Shown here: positions 1 through 9,435 of the stretch, one piece after another
How the letters are laid out: each line of letters opens with the position of its first letter
How positions within the stretch are numbered: position 1 is the stretch's first letter
NCBI GenBank assembly: GCA_963800225.1
Contig: CAWDAF010000007.1
Coordinates: 27,256 to 91,255, forward strand
Length of the DNA: 64,000 bases
Direction: 5' to 3'
Origin: an uncultured Actinomycetota bacterium
GTDB taxonomy: Bacteria; Actinomycetota; Actinomycetes; Propionibacteriales; Nocardioidaceae
Made by a program: the position numbers and the translations under genes
Notes under the pieces: model-generated
The model's database searches: none
Told to the model about the DNA's origin: nothing
Seen by the model: only the letters and a program-made list of their open reading frames with translations

Positions 1-875
1 GAGGTGTCCTGGTACTCGTCGAGGAGCACCACCTTGAACTTGGTGCGCTCGGCCTCGCCGACCTCGGGCTGGTCGGCGGCCAGCCGGGCGCCCAGCTCGA
101 TCTGGTCGGAGAAGTCCATCAGCCCCAGCTCTCGCTTGAGGGTGCGGTAGGACTCCACCAGGCCCAGCAGCTCCTCGCGGCGGCCGAAGGTGTTGAGCAC
201 CTTGGCGACGTCGGCGGCCTTGGTCTTGTAGGTCTCGGCCGCCAGTGCCTCCTCCACCGCGGGGCGGTGTCGCTGCTGGAAGGCCCGCACCTCGTCCGGG
301 GTGCGCAGGTGCTCGCTCATCGCGCTGTCGAGGGCCAGCAGGTTGTCGATCACCGTCTTGGGGTGGTCGCTGAGCAGCTCGACGCGGCCCCGGTGACGGG
401 CGATGACCCGGGCCGCGAGCTGGTAGCGCGACGCATCGGCGACCACCCGGGTGTCGGGCTCGTGGCCGATCCGCAGGCCGTGCTCGGTCAGCAGCGAGGC
501 CGCGTAGGCGTTGTACGTCGAGACGGTGGGCTCCTCGGGCTCCCCGTCGTCGGCCGGCGCCCCCGGGTCCACCGGCGTCCGGCCGCCGGGTGACCGCAGG
601 ATGCCGGCGGCCCGCAGCGACTCGCGGATGCGGGTGCCGAGCTCGTGGGTGGCCTTGGTGGTGAAGGTCAGCCCGAGCACCTCCTGGGGGGCGACCAGCC
701 CGGTCGCCACCAGCCAGACCACCCGCGCCGCCATCACCGTGGTCTTGCCCGACCCGGCGCCGGCGATCACCACCTGCGGGGCCAGCGGCGCGGTGACCGC
801 GGCGAACTGCTGGTCGCTGAGCGGGTACGGCGCCCCCATCAGGGCACGCAGGGCCTCGGGGGTCTCGATCCTCAT
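1..875 (-). CDS. UvrD/PcrA-type ATP-dependent DNA helicase, N-terminal part only (AdnB-like partner of the upstream helicase-nuclease); continues beyond the left edge
   Basis: Absent from the ORF track because there is no stop in the window. Hand translation from ATG 875..873 gives MRIETPEALRALMGAPYPLSDQQFAAVTAPLAPQVVIAGAGSGKTTVMAARVVWLVATG...LGLTFTTKATHEL, i.e. Walker A/motif I and motif Ia. ATGA start/stop overlap with the upstream gene (stop 874..872). Confidence 0.8.
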   Translation of the reverse strand, partial: MRIETPEALRALMGAPYPLSDQQFAAVTAPLAPQVVIAGAGSGKTTVMAARVVWLVATGLVAPQEVLGLTFTTKATHELGTRIRESLRAAGILRSPGGRTPVDPGAPADDGEPEEPTVSTYNAYAASLLTEHGLRIGHEPDTRVVADASRYQLAARVIARHRGRVELLSDHPKTVIDNLLALDSAMSEHLRTPDEVRAFQQRHRPAVEEALAAETYKTKAADVAKVLNTFGRREELLGLVESYRTLKRELGLMDFSDQIELGARLAADQPEVGEAERTKFKVVLLDEYQDT

Positions 876-3800
876 GACAGCACCGTCCCGGCGGCCTTGG
901 TGGGGCAGATGGCATGGAACTGGCAGTGGTCGCAGTGCTTGCCCGGCGTCGCGTCGAAGACCTCGCCGCGGACCACCTCGGCGGCGCGCATCAGCTGCAC
1001 CTCGACCACACGGCGACCGTCGGCGTCGGGCTCCTGCGGGTCCTGCCGCTGGATCTTCGCCCCGCCGGCGAGCGCCTTGCGCAGCTGCACGAGCTCGGCA
1101 CCCCCGGGCACGCCGGGCCCCTCGACGAGGTCGGCGACCAGCTCGTCGACCGCCCCGTGCCGGACCGCGTGCTGGTAGATGCCGAGCTGGGGGTTGCTCG
1201 GGAGGTCCTTGTCGGTGGGCGGGTACTTCGAGGTCTTGAGGTCGATGACCCACACCCGCCCCTGCTCGTCGAGCTCGAGCCGGTCGGCGTACCCGTGGAG
1301 CCGGACCTGCTGGCCGTCGGGCAGCGTCACCTCGGCGGTGAGCTGCTGCTCGGTGGCGATCACGGTGCGAGCCCCCGGAGCGGTGTGCCAGTCGAGGAAC
1401 CGGTCGAGGGCCAGCGCGACCTCCTCCCGCTCCCGCGAGCGGGACCACGGCGTGCGGAACGCGATCTGCCCCCAGACGGAGTCGACGTGGCCCATCAGCT
1501 CCTCGAGCAGCTCGGCGCGGGGCCGACCGCCCTGCGCGAGCTCGCCCTTGGCGATCCGGTCCGCGAGCGTGTGCACCACGAGCCCGAAGCCCTGGGACTG
1601 GCTGGAGGGGGTCTCGCCGCCCGCCTTGCGCTCCAGGAACCACTTGGCCGGGCAGGCCAGGATCGCGTCCAGCGAGCTCGCCGACAGCGTGACCGGCCCG
1701 TCGGTGCGCTCGACGGGGGTCGCGCAGACGCTGCGGGCGCGGGTCCCCCACCACTGGCCGGGGTCCGCCGAGGGCACCAGCGGCTGACCACGGTGGTGGG
1801 CCCGGGCGAGCACCGCGAGCCGCTCGGCGGCGGCCTGCCGCAGCGCCGGGGAGGTGTCGGCCTCGGACAGCGTGCGCCGCAGGTCGGCGACCAGGCCGGT
1901 CAGGGACAGCGGTCGCTGCGGGCGGCCCTGCAGGTGGCTGTGCCGGACGTAGCCCGCGGCGCCGTCCTCCTGCGCGGCCGTGGCCAGCTCGTCGACGAAC
2001 CGGGACGGCTGCTCGCCGTCGTCGTCGGGCGACCTGACCGCGGTGACCAGCAGCCGCTCCCGGGCGCGGGTGCAGGCGACGTAGAACAGCCGCCGCTCCT
2101 CGGCGAGCAGGGCCTGCACGGTCAGCGGCGGCAGCAGGCCCTCGGCGCCGATCCGGTCGGCGTGCAGCAGCGTGGAGCGCCGCCGCAGGTCGGGCCAGCC
2201 CTCGTCCTGGACGTGCGCGACGACCACGAAGCGCCACTCCAGACCCTTGGAGCGGTGGGCGGTGAGCAGCCGGACGGCATCGCCGCGCACGCCCTGCTCG
2301 GCCAGGGTGTCGGCGGGGATCTGCTGGGCACGCAGCGACTCCACGAAGTTCACCACGCTGGTGTGGCCACGCTGCTCCTCGGCCCTGGCCGCGGTCTCGA
2401 AGAGGGCGCAGATCGCGTCGAGGTCCCGGTGCGCCAGCCGCGCCGCCTGGCCGCCGAGGTCGACGCCGCGGCGCAGCCGGCGGGGCCAGTCGGTGCCTGA
2501 CCACAGCAGCCAGAGCACCTCCTCCGCGGTCGCGCCGTCGTCGAGCAGGGCGCGCCCGCCCGCGAGCAGCCGGCCCAGCGCCAGCGCCTTCGCCGCCCCC
2601 CGCTCGCGGATCCCCTCCAGCATCGCGGGGTCGAGCAGCGCGTCGCGGAGCAGCTCCGGGGAGGACCGCGGACCCCGCGGGGCGGTGGTCTCCCCGGCAG
2701 GGTCGGTCTCGCCCGGATCGGTGCCGCCCGGATCGGTGCCGCCCGGATCGGTCGCCAGGGGCGGTCTCGGGGGCCGGGGCGGGCGACCGTTCGACCAGCG
2801 CGCGCTTCTCGCGGGCCCGCAGGGCCCGGGCCAGCGCCCGCACCTCGGTCGCGTCCAGACCGGCCACCGGCGAGGCGAGCAGCGACTCGGCCCGGTCGGG
2901 ACCGAAGTGGTCGGCGTCGGCGGGGTCCGCGACCGCGAGGTCCACCACCGCCCGGAGCGCGTCGAGCAACGGCATCACCGCGGGCTCCGCGACCAGCGGG
3001 GTGTCGTCGCTGGCCACCTCGACCGGCACGCCCGCGGCACCGAGGGCCCGCCTCAGCCGCGGGATCGTGCCGCGCCCGGAGCGGACCAGCACCGCCATCT
3101 CCGACCAGGGCAGCCCGTCCTCGAGGTGGGCCCGGCGCAGCAGGTCCGCGACGTGCTCGGTCTCGGCCCGGTCGGTGTCGAAGGTGAGCACGTCCGCGCG
3201 TCCGGACCCGAACGGACCGGCCTGGGCGTCGGGGTGCCGGAACGCGGCGAAGGTCTCCGCGTCGATCGACCCGGTGGTGGCCAGCCCGGACACCACGGCC
3301 CGGGACAGCCGCAGCAGCCGCGGCCCGAACCGCCGGGTGACCCGCAGCGCCACCGTGCCGGCCGGGGTGCCGTCGGTGTGCGGGAACGCCCGCGGGAAGT
3401 CGAGGATGCCGCGGACCTCGGCACCCCGGAAGGCGTAGATGGACTGGTCCGGGTCACCCACCACGGTCAGGTCGCGACCGTCCCCGGCGAGGGCCCGCAG
3501 CAGCCGCACCTGGCTCGGGTCGGTGTCCTGGTACTCGTCGACGAAGACGTGCGAGAACCGGGCCCGCAGGTCGGCCCGGACCGCCGGCTGCTCGGACAGC
3601 AGCACCGCGCGGTAGATCAGCTCGGGGTAGTCGATGAGGCTCTGGTCGTCGAGGATCACCTGGTACTGCTGCATGAACAGGGCGGCCGCGGCGAGCTCCG
3701 GCGCGTCGGCGGCGTCGCCGAGCTCCTTGAGGTCGAGCGGGTCGAGCCCCTTCTCCCGGGCCCGGGACAGCACCTCCTGCACCTCGCGGGCGAACCCGCG

Positions 3801-4265
3801 GGTGGCGACCGCCTGGTCCAGCGAGGACGGCCACAGGGCGGTGTCCCGGTTGCCGGCGAGCAGCTCCTGGAGGATGACGTCCTGCTCCGGAGCCGACAGC
3901 AGCCGCAGCGGCGCGGCGTACAGGTCGGCGGAGGAGTAGCGGCGCACCAGTCCGTAGGCGAAGGAGTGGAACGTCGAGCTGAGGGTGGTCGCCATCGTGC
4001 GGCCGAGCCGGGCGGTGACCCGGTCGCGGAGCTGCTCGGCGGCCTTGCGGCTGAAGGTCAGCGCCAGCACCGACTCCGGGCTCGCGCCCCGTCGCTCGAT
4101 GCGGTCGACGATCGCCTCGACCAGGGTCGTGGTCTTGCCGGTGCCGGGCCCGGCGAGCACCAGCAGCGGGCCGCCCGGGTGGTCGACCACCGACTGCTGG
4201 AACCGGTCGAGCGTCGGGGGTGCGACCGCAGCGGACCGCGTGTGGGAGAGCCGGTACGTCGTCAC
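872..4265 (-). CDS. UvrD-type helicase fused to a C-terminal RecB/PD-(D/E)XK nuclease (AdnA-like); the reading frame switches near 2755-2765 (frameshift or sequencing error)
   Basis: The N-terminal half was hand-translated from GTG 4265: VLAGPGTGKTTTLVEAIV (Walker A), LTFSRKAAEQL (Ia), FVDEYQDTDPSQ (II), VVGDPDQSIYAFRGA (III). Track ORF 872..2623 supplies LLTAHRSKGLEWRFVVV and LFYVACTRARERL (V/VI), plus a nuclease domain with a Cys cluster (ACPAKWF...CDHCQFHAICP). The two halves are in different frames. Both show high GC3. Confidence 0.75.
2711..2755 (-). repeat. 15-bp in-frame tandem repeat (3 copies) inside the AdnA-like gene, encoding a (TDPGG)n linker
   Basis: Plus-strand unit gcccggatcggtgcc at 2711-2725 and 2726-2740, with a diverged copy at 2741-2755. 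It translates on the minus strand as DPGGTDPGGTDPGETDP. Confidence 0.85.
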
Positions 4266-4300
4266 GGCTCCATCACATCACCGGTGACCGACAGAACCGG

Positions 4301-4957
4301 TCAGCGCCGCCAGGGTGCCGGCCTGCCCTGCAGCCACCACTCCAGCCTCCGGGTCAGCTGCGGGAGCACCAGGTAGGTCATGATCGGCGTCATCACCAAG
4401 GTGGTGACCAGCCCCCGCGGCAGCAGGGCGAGGCCCGGGGCGACCGAGGAGAGCAGCGCTCCCATCGCCAGGCTGAGCGGGAAGAACGCAGTCCAGATCA
4501 TCACCGCCTGCTTCCACCGCGGCGGCGCCGTCGCCGGTGCCGACAGGTCCTCCGCGGCGTACTCCTGCGGCGGGTCGAACCAGCCCTCGATGCCGGTGCG
4601 CCGCTCGCGCCGCGACTCCCCCACCAGGCCCTGCGCGGAGTCCAGCCACCAGGTGCGCTGCGAGGACGCCTCCCAGCCGGCGAGGGACTCCGCGCTGTCG
4701 AAGCGGTAGAGCATGTGCCACTCGTCGGAGGCGACGCTCGGCCGCACCCAGCCGGTGCCGAGGAAGCCCGGGAAGCGCTCGGCGAGCGAGGAGCCGGCCC
4801 GGACCCAGGCGACCATCTGGTCCATCCGGTCGGGCTCGACGTGCCGGGTGATGGAGACCGTCACCGGCAGCGTGTCGCCGGCGGGAGCGTCGGCGGTGGT
4901 CGGGGGCGGGGGCGGAGCAGTCACCGGTCCAGGGTAGGGAGACCGGGCCGCGGGCAC
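4301..4957 (-). CDS. ABM (antibiotic-biosynthesis-monooxygenase-like) domain protein with a C-terminal membrane anchor
   Basis: Track ORF of 218 aa. Dabb/ABM-like half: VTVSITRHVEPDRMDQMVAWV...FPGFLGTGWVRP...WHMLYRFDS. It is followed by hydrophobic helices (AVMIWTAFFPLSLAMGALL, LVTTLVMTPIMTYLVLP). The start codon is uncertain. Confidence 0.6.
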   Translation of the reverse strand: MPAARSPYPGPVTAPPPPPTTADAPAGDTLPVTVSITRHVEPDRMDQMVAWVRAGSSLAERFPGFLGTGWVRPSVASDEWHMLYRFDSAESLAGWEASSQRTWWLDSAQGLVGESRRERRTGIEGWFDPPQEYAAEDLSAPATAPPRWKQAVMIWTAFFPLSLAMGALLSSVAPGLALLPRGLVTTLVMTPIMTYLVLPQLTRRLEWWLQGRPAPWRR

Positions 4958-4969
4958 AGGTCGTGGCTC

Positions 4970-5272
4970 TCAGCGGGGTGACGGCCACCACGCGGCCCGG
5001 GTCATGTCCACCCGCCCCGAGGCGCGGAACGGCGTGCCCTCGTCCAGGTAGTGCGCCCGCGCCTCGTCGTCGTGGCTGGGCGGCAGCGACCCGTCGGACC
5101 GGACCACGCGCCACCACGGCACCGAACCGCCGTACGTCGACATCACCCGCGCCACGCTGCGCGGCCCCCGGTCTCCCACGGCGTCGGCGATCCCGCCGTA
5201 CGTCGTCACCCGGCCGGGCGGCACCGTCTCGACCAGGGAGAGCACCGACTCCACGAACTCCTCCGCGTCCAT
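4970..5272 (-). CDS. Alkyltransferase-like (ATL) protein: MGMT-family DNA-binding domain lacking the catalytic Cys
   Basis: Track ORF 4970..5443 was trimmed to the internal ATG at 5272 (MDAEEFVESVLSLVETVPPGRVTTYGGIA...). The MGMT PCHRV motif reads PWWRV here, with Trp in place of Cys as in ATL proteins. The position matches Rv3204 in the M. tuberculosis block. Confidence 0.7.
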   Translation of the reverse strand: MDAEEFVESVLSLVETVPPGRVTTYGGIADAVGDRGPRSVARVMSTYGGSVPWWRVVRSDGSLPPSHDDEARAHYLDEGTPFRASGRVDMTRAAWWPSPR

Positions 5273-5282
5273 GCGGGAGAAC

Positions 5283-5843
5283 CTAGCGGCCGGCATCGTC
5301 CTCCCCGGCGAACAGCCCCTGCCGCACCGCCGCCGTCCAGCCGAGCAGCAGCACCAGCCCGGCCCCCAGGGCGAGCCCGGACGGCCGGTCGAGGGAGGAG
5401 AGCGCCCGGGCGGCCAGCCAGGTGAGCAGCACCGCCGCGGCACAGCCGCCCGCTCGCCGGCCCCAGAGCCGCAGCAGCCGCCGGTCGAGCCTCAGCCCGG
5501 GCGGCCCGTACGACGCCAGCGTGCACGCCAGGTGCAGGGCGCCGAGCAGGACCGCCGCGGCCGGGGTCGCCACGCCGAGGCCGGCCGGCACCGCCACCAG
5601 CCACAGGGCGCCGAGGTAGACCACCAGGCCCAGCGGCAGGTGGGACTCCGGCACCAGGGCCACCAGCACGGCGAGCACCGCCCCGGTGGCGCTGAACCAC
5701 GGATGGAAGGCGCCGCCCGCGGCCGGGACCAGGGCCAGCACCCCCAGCGCCGAGCCGAGCGCCAGCGCGCGCAGCCCGAGCTGCTGACGGCTCGACAGCA
5801 CCAGCCGGTCCAGCAGGTTGCCCGGGTCGCGGAGGCTGTTCAC
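5283..5843 (-). CDS. Hypothetical polytopic membrane protein (last gene of the MoxR cluster)
   Basis: Track ORF 5283..5921 was trimmed to GTG 5843, which forms a GTGA overlap with the DUF58 stop (5842..5840). Several hydrophobic helices are present (LRALALGSALGVLALVP, AVLAVLVALVP, LGALWLVAVPAGL...). Confidence 0.55.
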   Translation of the reverse strand: MNSLRDPGNLLDRLVLSSRQQLGLRALALGSALGVLALVPAAGGAFHPWFSATGAVLAVLVALVPESHLPLGLVVYLGALWLVAVPAGLGVATPAAAVLLGALHLACTLASYGPPGLRLDRRLLRLWGRRAGGCAAAVLLTWLAARALSSLDRPSGLALGAGLVLLLGWTAAVRQGLFAGEDDAGR

Positions 5844-7141
5844 CGGTGGACCCCCGGCGCGGTGGAGCCGCGTCGCCGCAGCTGGCGGAGCACCTCGTCG
5901 AGCGTGCCCGGCCCGCGCCACACGATCACCGGGATGCCGGACCGCGCGACCCGGGCCAGCAGGCCTCTGCGCTCCAGCAGCCGCATCCGCCAGGCCAGCG
6001 CCTGCCGGGCGCCGACGGTCGCGGGGCCAACGTCTGCGGGGAGGCAGTCCACGACCACGACGTCGAGGCCGCGGGCCGCCAGCAGGCCGGTCACCGCCAC
6101 CGCGGGCTGCGAGAGCATCGGCGAGAAGACCAGCACCATGGTGCCCGGGGACACCCTGAACCGCAGGTGCTCGGTGTCCGCGTGGTCGTAGGGGCCGGGC
6201 GTGACCCGGGCCAGCGTCTCGAGGACCCGCCGCAGGTGCGCGCGACCGGCCGTCGTCGCGATGCCGCCCCCGCCGGGCCCGAGCACCCGGACCCCGACCC
6301 GGTCGCCGCGGGTCAGGTGGTGCTCGGCGACGGCGCCGGCTGCCCGGACCGCGACGTCGAGCGAGCTGGCCGACCCGCCCACGCCGCCGCTGGCCCCGAC
6401 CTCGACCCCGCTGTCCACGAGCAGGAGCACGGCGGCGTCCTCCTCGGCGACCGCGGTGGTCACGTGCAGGCTGCCGGTGCGCAGCGACACCCGCCAGTGC
6501 ACCCGGCGCAACCGGTCCCCGGGGTGGAAGGGCCGGATGCTGTCGAACTCGAAGCCGTCACCGGGACGCCGGGCCGGGTGTGCGCCGACCAGGCCGATCG
6601 GGTGCGGGGACGCGGCCCGGCTGTCGAAGAGCCCGGGCAGCGGCAGGGTGGTGACCACGACCGGCGGCAGCCGCACGGGACCCCAGGCGTAGCCGGCCCA
6701 CGCCGAGGTCGCGGCCACCAGCCCGTCCCCCAGCGGCCGGCGTCCCCAGCGGCGGGGCGAGAGGGTCAGCTCCACCGCGGTGGTGGGCTCCCCGGGCGGC
6801 GACCACGACCCCAGCACCCCGCTGGCCGGCACCGCCGCCAGGAACCGGCGCAGCGTCGCGGCGAGCGTCACGTGCTCCACCTGCGGGCAGCCCTCCAACG
6901 TCACCCGGAGGACCGCGCCCTCCCCCTCGCGCAGCGACTCGCCCCCCAGCGCCGAGCGGACGCCGGGCGGGTCCGCCGGTCGCCGGCCGAGGGCCCAGGC
7001 TGCGTGCACGAGCAGCGGGGCCGCGAGCACCAGCAGGTCCGGGCGACCGGCGACCACCGCCAGCACGCCGAGCAGCCCCGACGCCGTCGCGGCCCGGACC
7101 AGGGCCGCGGTCGGGTGCCAGGCATCGTCTGCGCGGGCCAT
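5840..7141 (-). CDS. DUF58 domain protein (MoxR-associated, vWA-like)
   Basis: Track ORF of 433 aa. Two N-terminal TM helices, then the DUF58 signature region FEFDSIRPFHPGDRLRRVHWRVSLRTGSLHV and VLLLVDSG. It starts 1 nt after the MoxR stop. Confidence 0.8.
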   Translation of the reverse strand: MARADDAWHPTAALVRAATASGLLGVLAVVAGRPDLLVLAAPLLVHAAWALGRRPADPPGVRSALGGESLREGEGAVLRVTLEGCPQVEHVTLAATLRRFLAAVPASGVLGSWSPPGEPTTAVELTLSPRRWGRRPLGDGLVAATSAWAGYAWGPVRLPPVVVTTLPLPGLFDSRAASPHPIGLVGAHPARRPGDGFEFDSIRPFHPGDRLRRVHWRVSLRTGSLHVTTAVAEEDAAVLLLVDSGVEVGASGGVGGSASSLDVAVRAAGAVAEHHLTRGDRVGVRVLGPGGGGIATTAGRAHLRRVLETLARVTPGPYDHADTEHLRFRVSPGTMVLVFSPMLSQPAVAVTGLLAARGLDVVVVDCLPADVGPATVGARQALAWRMRLLERRGLLARVARSGIPVIVWRGPGTLDEVLRQLRRRGSTAPGVHR

Positions 7142-7142
7142 C

Positions 7143-8153
7143 TCAGCGCCCGTACGCCGGCGGCGGACGGAACCCGGCCTCCCGGGCGCCGGGCGTCTCG
7201 ACCTGCGCGAGCACCCCCTGCACCACCCCGGCGCCGGTGACGTCGCTCATCCACAGCTCGGGTCGCACGGTCACCCGGTGCGCGAGCACCGAGGGCGCGA
7301 CCGCCTTGACGTCCTCGGGCAGGACGTAGTCCCGGGCCGCGATCACCGCGAACGCGCGGGCGGTGAGCAGCAGCGCCAGCGCGCCGCGGGGTGAGGCGCC
7401 CATCAGCACCTGCGGGTGGGTGCGGGTGGCCGCGGCGAGCGCGACGCAGTAGCGACCGACGCTCTCGTCGACGGTGACCGTCTCGATGGCCGCCTGGGCA
7501 GCGCGCAGGCCCGCGGCGTCCGTGACCGGGTCGAGCCGCTGCGCCTCCTGCCGGCGCTCCATCCGGCGCTGGAGCACGGCCCACTCCTGGTCGCGGCTGG
7601 GGTAGCCGAAGGCGACCCGCATCAGGAAGCGGTCCAGCTGCGCCTCGGGCAGCGGGTAGGTGCCCTCGTACTCCACCGGGTTGGCGGTCGCGATCACGTG
7701 GAAGGGCGCCTCGAGGGCGAAGGTCTGCCCCTCCACCGTCACCTGCCCCTCCTGCATCGCCTCCAGCAGGGCCGCCTGCGTCTTGGGGGGCGTCCGGTTG
7801 ATCTCGTCGGCCAGCAGCAGGCCGGTGAACAGCGGTCCCGGCCGGAACTCGAAGGCGGCCGTCCGCTGGTCGTACACGAACGACCCGGTCAGGTCGGCCG
7901 GGAGCAGGTCCGGGGTGAACTGGGCGCGGGCGAACCCCAGCCCCAGGGTCTGCGCGAACGAGCGGGCCGCGAGGGTCTTGCCCAGTCCGGGCAGATCCTC
8001 GATCAGCACGTGGCCGCCCGCCAGGATGCCGGCGAGCACCAGCACCAGCGCGTCCCGCTTGCCGACCACCGCGCGCTCCACCTCGTCGAGCACCTGGGCC
8101 GCCAGCCGGCTCGCCCGAGCCGGGCCGACCGGGGACCCGCCGTCGTCGTTCAC
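7143..8153 (-). CDS. moxR: MoxR-family AAA+ ATPase (AAA_3)
   Basis: Track ORF of 336 aa. GHVLIEDLPGLGKTLAARSFA (Walker A) and LLLADEINRTPPKTQAALLEAMQE (Walker B and following region). GTG start at 8153. Confidence 0.9.
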   Translation of the reverse strand: MNDDGGSPVGPARASRLAAQVLDEVERAVVGKRDALVLVLAGILAGGHVLIEDLPGLGKTLAARSFAQTLGLGFARAQFTPDLLPADLTGSFVYDQRTAAFEFRPGPLFTGLLLADEINRTPPKTQAALLEAMQEGQVTVEGQTFALEAPFHVIATANPVEYEGTYPLPEAQLDRFLMRVAFGYPSRDQEWAVLQRRMERRQEAQRLDPVTDAAGLRAAQAAIETVTVDESVGRYCVALAAATRTHPQVLMGASPRGALALLLTARAFAVIAARDYVLPEDVKAVAPSVLAHRVTVRPELWMSDVTGAGVVQGVLAQVETPGAREAGFRPPPAYGR

Positions 8154-8194
8154 AGCGCCTCGTCGTTCACAGTGCCTCGATCTTCACAGGGCCT
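8144..8194 (-). repeat. 17-nt tandem triplication of the stop/start junction upstream of moxR
   Basis: Plus-strand units are cgtcgttcacagcgcct (8144-8160), cgtcgttcacagtgcct (8161-8177) and cgatcttcacagggcct (8178-8194). On the minus strand each carries CTGTGAA, i.e. a GTGA overlap. See findings. Confidence 0.85.
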
Positions 8195-8687
8195 CGATCC
8201 GGGTCAGGAGTACGTCGATCTGCTGCTCGGTCATCCGCGGGTAGGGCGGCGACTGACGGGCCAGCCCCAGCAGCTCGGGGCCGAGCAGGGCACCGGCCCG
8301 CTCCGGGTCCACCCGCCAGGTCACCCCGTGCCGGGCCAGCAGCTGCTGGTCGACGAGCGCCATCAGCGTCCGCTGCAGCGTGTCGCCGACCACCCGGGCC
8401 TCCAGGTGCGAGGCGAGCACGCGGTCCAGCCCGACCAGCCGGGTGTCCTCGCCGGGCTGCCGGACCGGCAGGGACTCCCCGCGGTCCCAGTCCGCGGGGC
8501 GGGTCCGGTCCAGCCCGTCCAGCAGCGTCCACAGCACCAGCCCGGCGGCGGCGACGACGAGCGCGAGCAGCCCCGGCCGAGGGCTGCCGCCGAGCACGTG
8601 GGCGCCCAGCGTGAGCACCACCCAGCAGACGAAGGCGGTCCCGACCCGCCCGGTCCACAGCCGCCTCGACGCCGTCCGCGGGCTCAC
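8184..8687 (-). CDS. Hypothetical membrane protein of the MoxR cluster
   Basis: Track ORF 8184..9161 was trimmed to GTG 8687 (GTGA overlap with the DUF4129 stop). Two TM helices (TAFVCWVVLTLGAHVL, LLALVVAAAGLVLWTLL), then a soluble tail ending ...DVLLTRIEAL. Confidence 0.55.
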   Translation of the reverse strand: MSPRTASRRLWTGRVGTAFVCWVVLTLGAHVLGGSPRPGLLALVVAAAGLVLWTLLDGLDRTRPADWDRGESLPVRQPGEDTRLVGLDRVLASHLEARVVGDTLQRTLMALVDQQLLARHGVTWRVDPERAGALLGPELLGLARQSPPYPRMTEQQIDVLLTRIEAL

Positions 8688-9409
8688 GCGACCCGCCCCC
8701 GGCTGCGCAGGTCCTCGTGCAGTGCGCGCAGGGCCGAGCGGGCCTCGGCCCTGCTGTCCTCGCCGAGGCGGTGCTCGGAGAACCGCGCCTCCCGGTAGAG
8801 CGCCGCCAGCCTGCCGATGGCGCGGGGGTCGAGGTCGAGGGCGACCAGCAGCCGGGTGACGAGCTCGGCGGACGTCTCGGACCGACGGGGCGTGAGACCG
8901 GCCGCGGCGACGATCTCCTCCAGCCGGACCCAGCAGGCGACGATCCCGTCCCGAGGGCCGCCGCGGTCCACCGCCTCGAGCTGCGCGTCCGCGTCCTCCT
9001 CGATCGCCGCCGCCAGGGCGTCCCCGGTGACCACGTCCACCTCGACGGACGCCGGCCGCTCCGGTGGGCGCCAGCGGTGCCGCCACATCGCACGCAGGGC
9101 CATCAGGGCGCCGAGGACCACCGCGATCAGCAGCGCGTAGAGCACCAGCTCCCGCACCCACGAGCCGTCCCAGGTCGGCCGGACGTTCTTGGTGAGCTCC
9201 CGGTAGGTCGGCATCCCGAACGACTGGCTGGCCGTGGGGTTCGGGGCGGTCCGGGTCGGGGTGACCGTCACCGACCGCTCGACGGCCGGCCCGAACAGCC
9301 GGACCGGTCCCGTGGTCGCGGCCCAGACCAGCACCAGCAGGCCCAGCACCGCCGCCACCGGAAGCAGGGCCACCGTGGTGGCCCGGGGTGGTCGACCCTT
9401 CCCCGTCAT
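8684..9409 (-). CDS. DUF4129-like domain membrane protein (first gene of the MoxR cluster)
   Basis: Track ORF 8684..9451 was trimmed to ATG 9409. Codons upstream of it have low GC3 and overlap a terminator hairpin. TM helices plus a C-terminal CWVRLEEIVAAAGLTPRRSETSAELV...LAALYREARFSEHRL. Confidence 0.6.
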   Translation of the reverse strand: MTGKGRPPRATTVALLPVAAVLGLLVLVWAATTGPVRLFGPAVERSVTVTPTRTAPNPTASQSFGMPTYRELTKNVRPTWDGSWVRELVLYALLIAVVLGALMALRAMWRHRWRPPERPASVEVDVVTGDALAAAIEEDADAQLEAVDRGGPRDGIVACWVRLEEIVAAAGLTPRRSETSAELVTRLLVALDLDPRAIGRLAALYREARFSEHRLGEDSRAEARSALRALHEDLRSRGRVA

Positions 9410-9435
9410 CCTGCCGACACTAGTGGCGAGCGTCG

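Noticed and set aside
1-4265. Minus-strand frame open for more than 4.2 kb from 4265 to the window edge
   Set aside because: It is not one giant gene. Coding signal (motifs, GC3) follows this frame only for 4265 to about 2760 and again for 875..1. The stretch between is an accidentally stop-free alternative frame of the nuclease half.
2172-4376. 734-aa plus-strand ORF, the longest ORF in the track for this region
   Set aside because: It is an antisense shadow of the AdnA-like gene. Its translation is Arg/Pro/Gly-rich with no motifs. The minus strand encodes canonical UvrD helicase motifs with high GC3.
5283-9409. The DUF4129 / membrane / MoxR / DUF58 / membrane cluster as a candidate novel system
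   Set aside because: MoxR-DUF58-type operons with DUF4129 or transmembrane partners are widespread and already catalogued. Only the triplicated junction upstream of moxR is reported as unusual.
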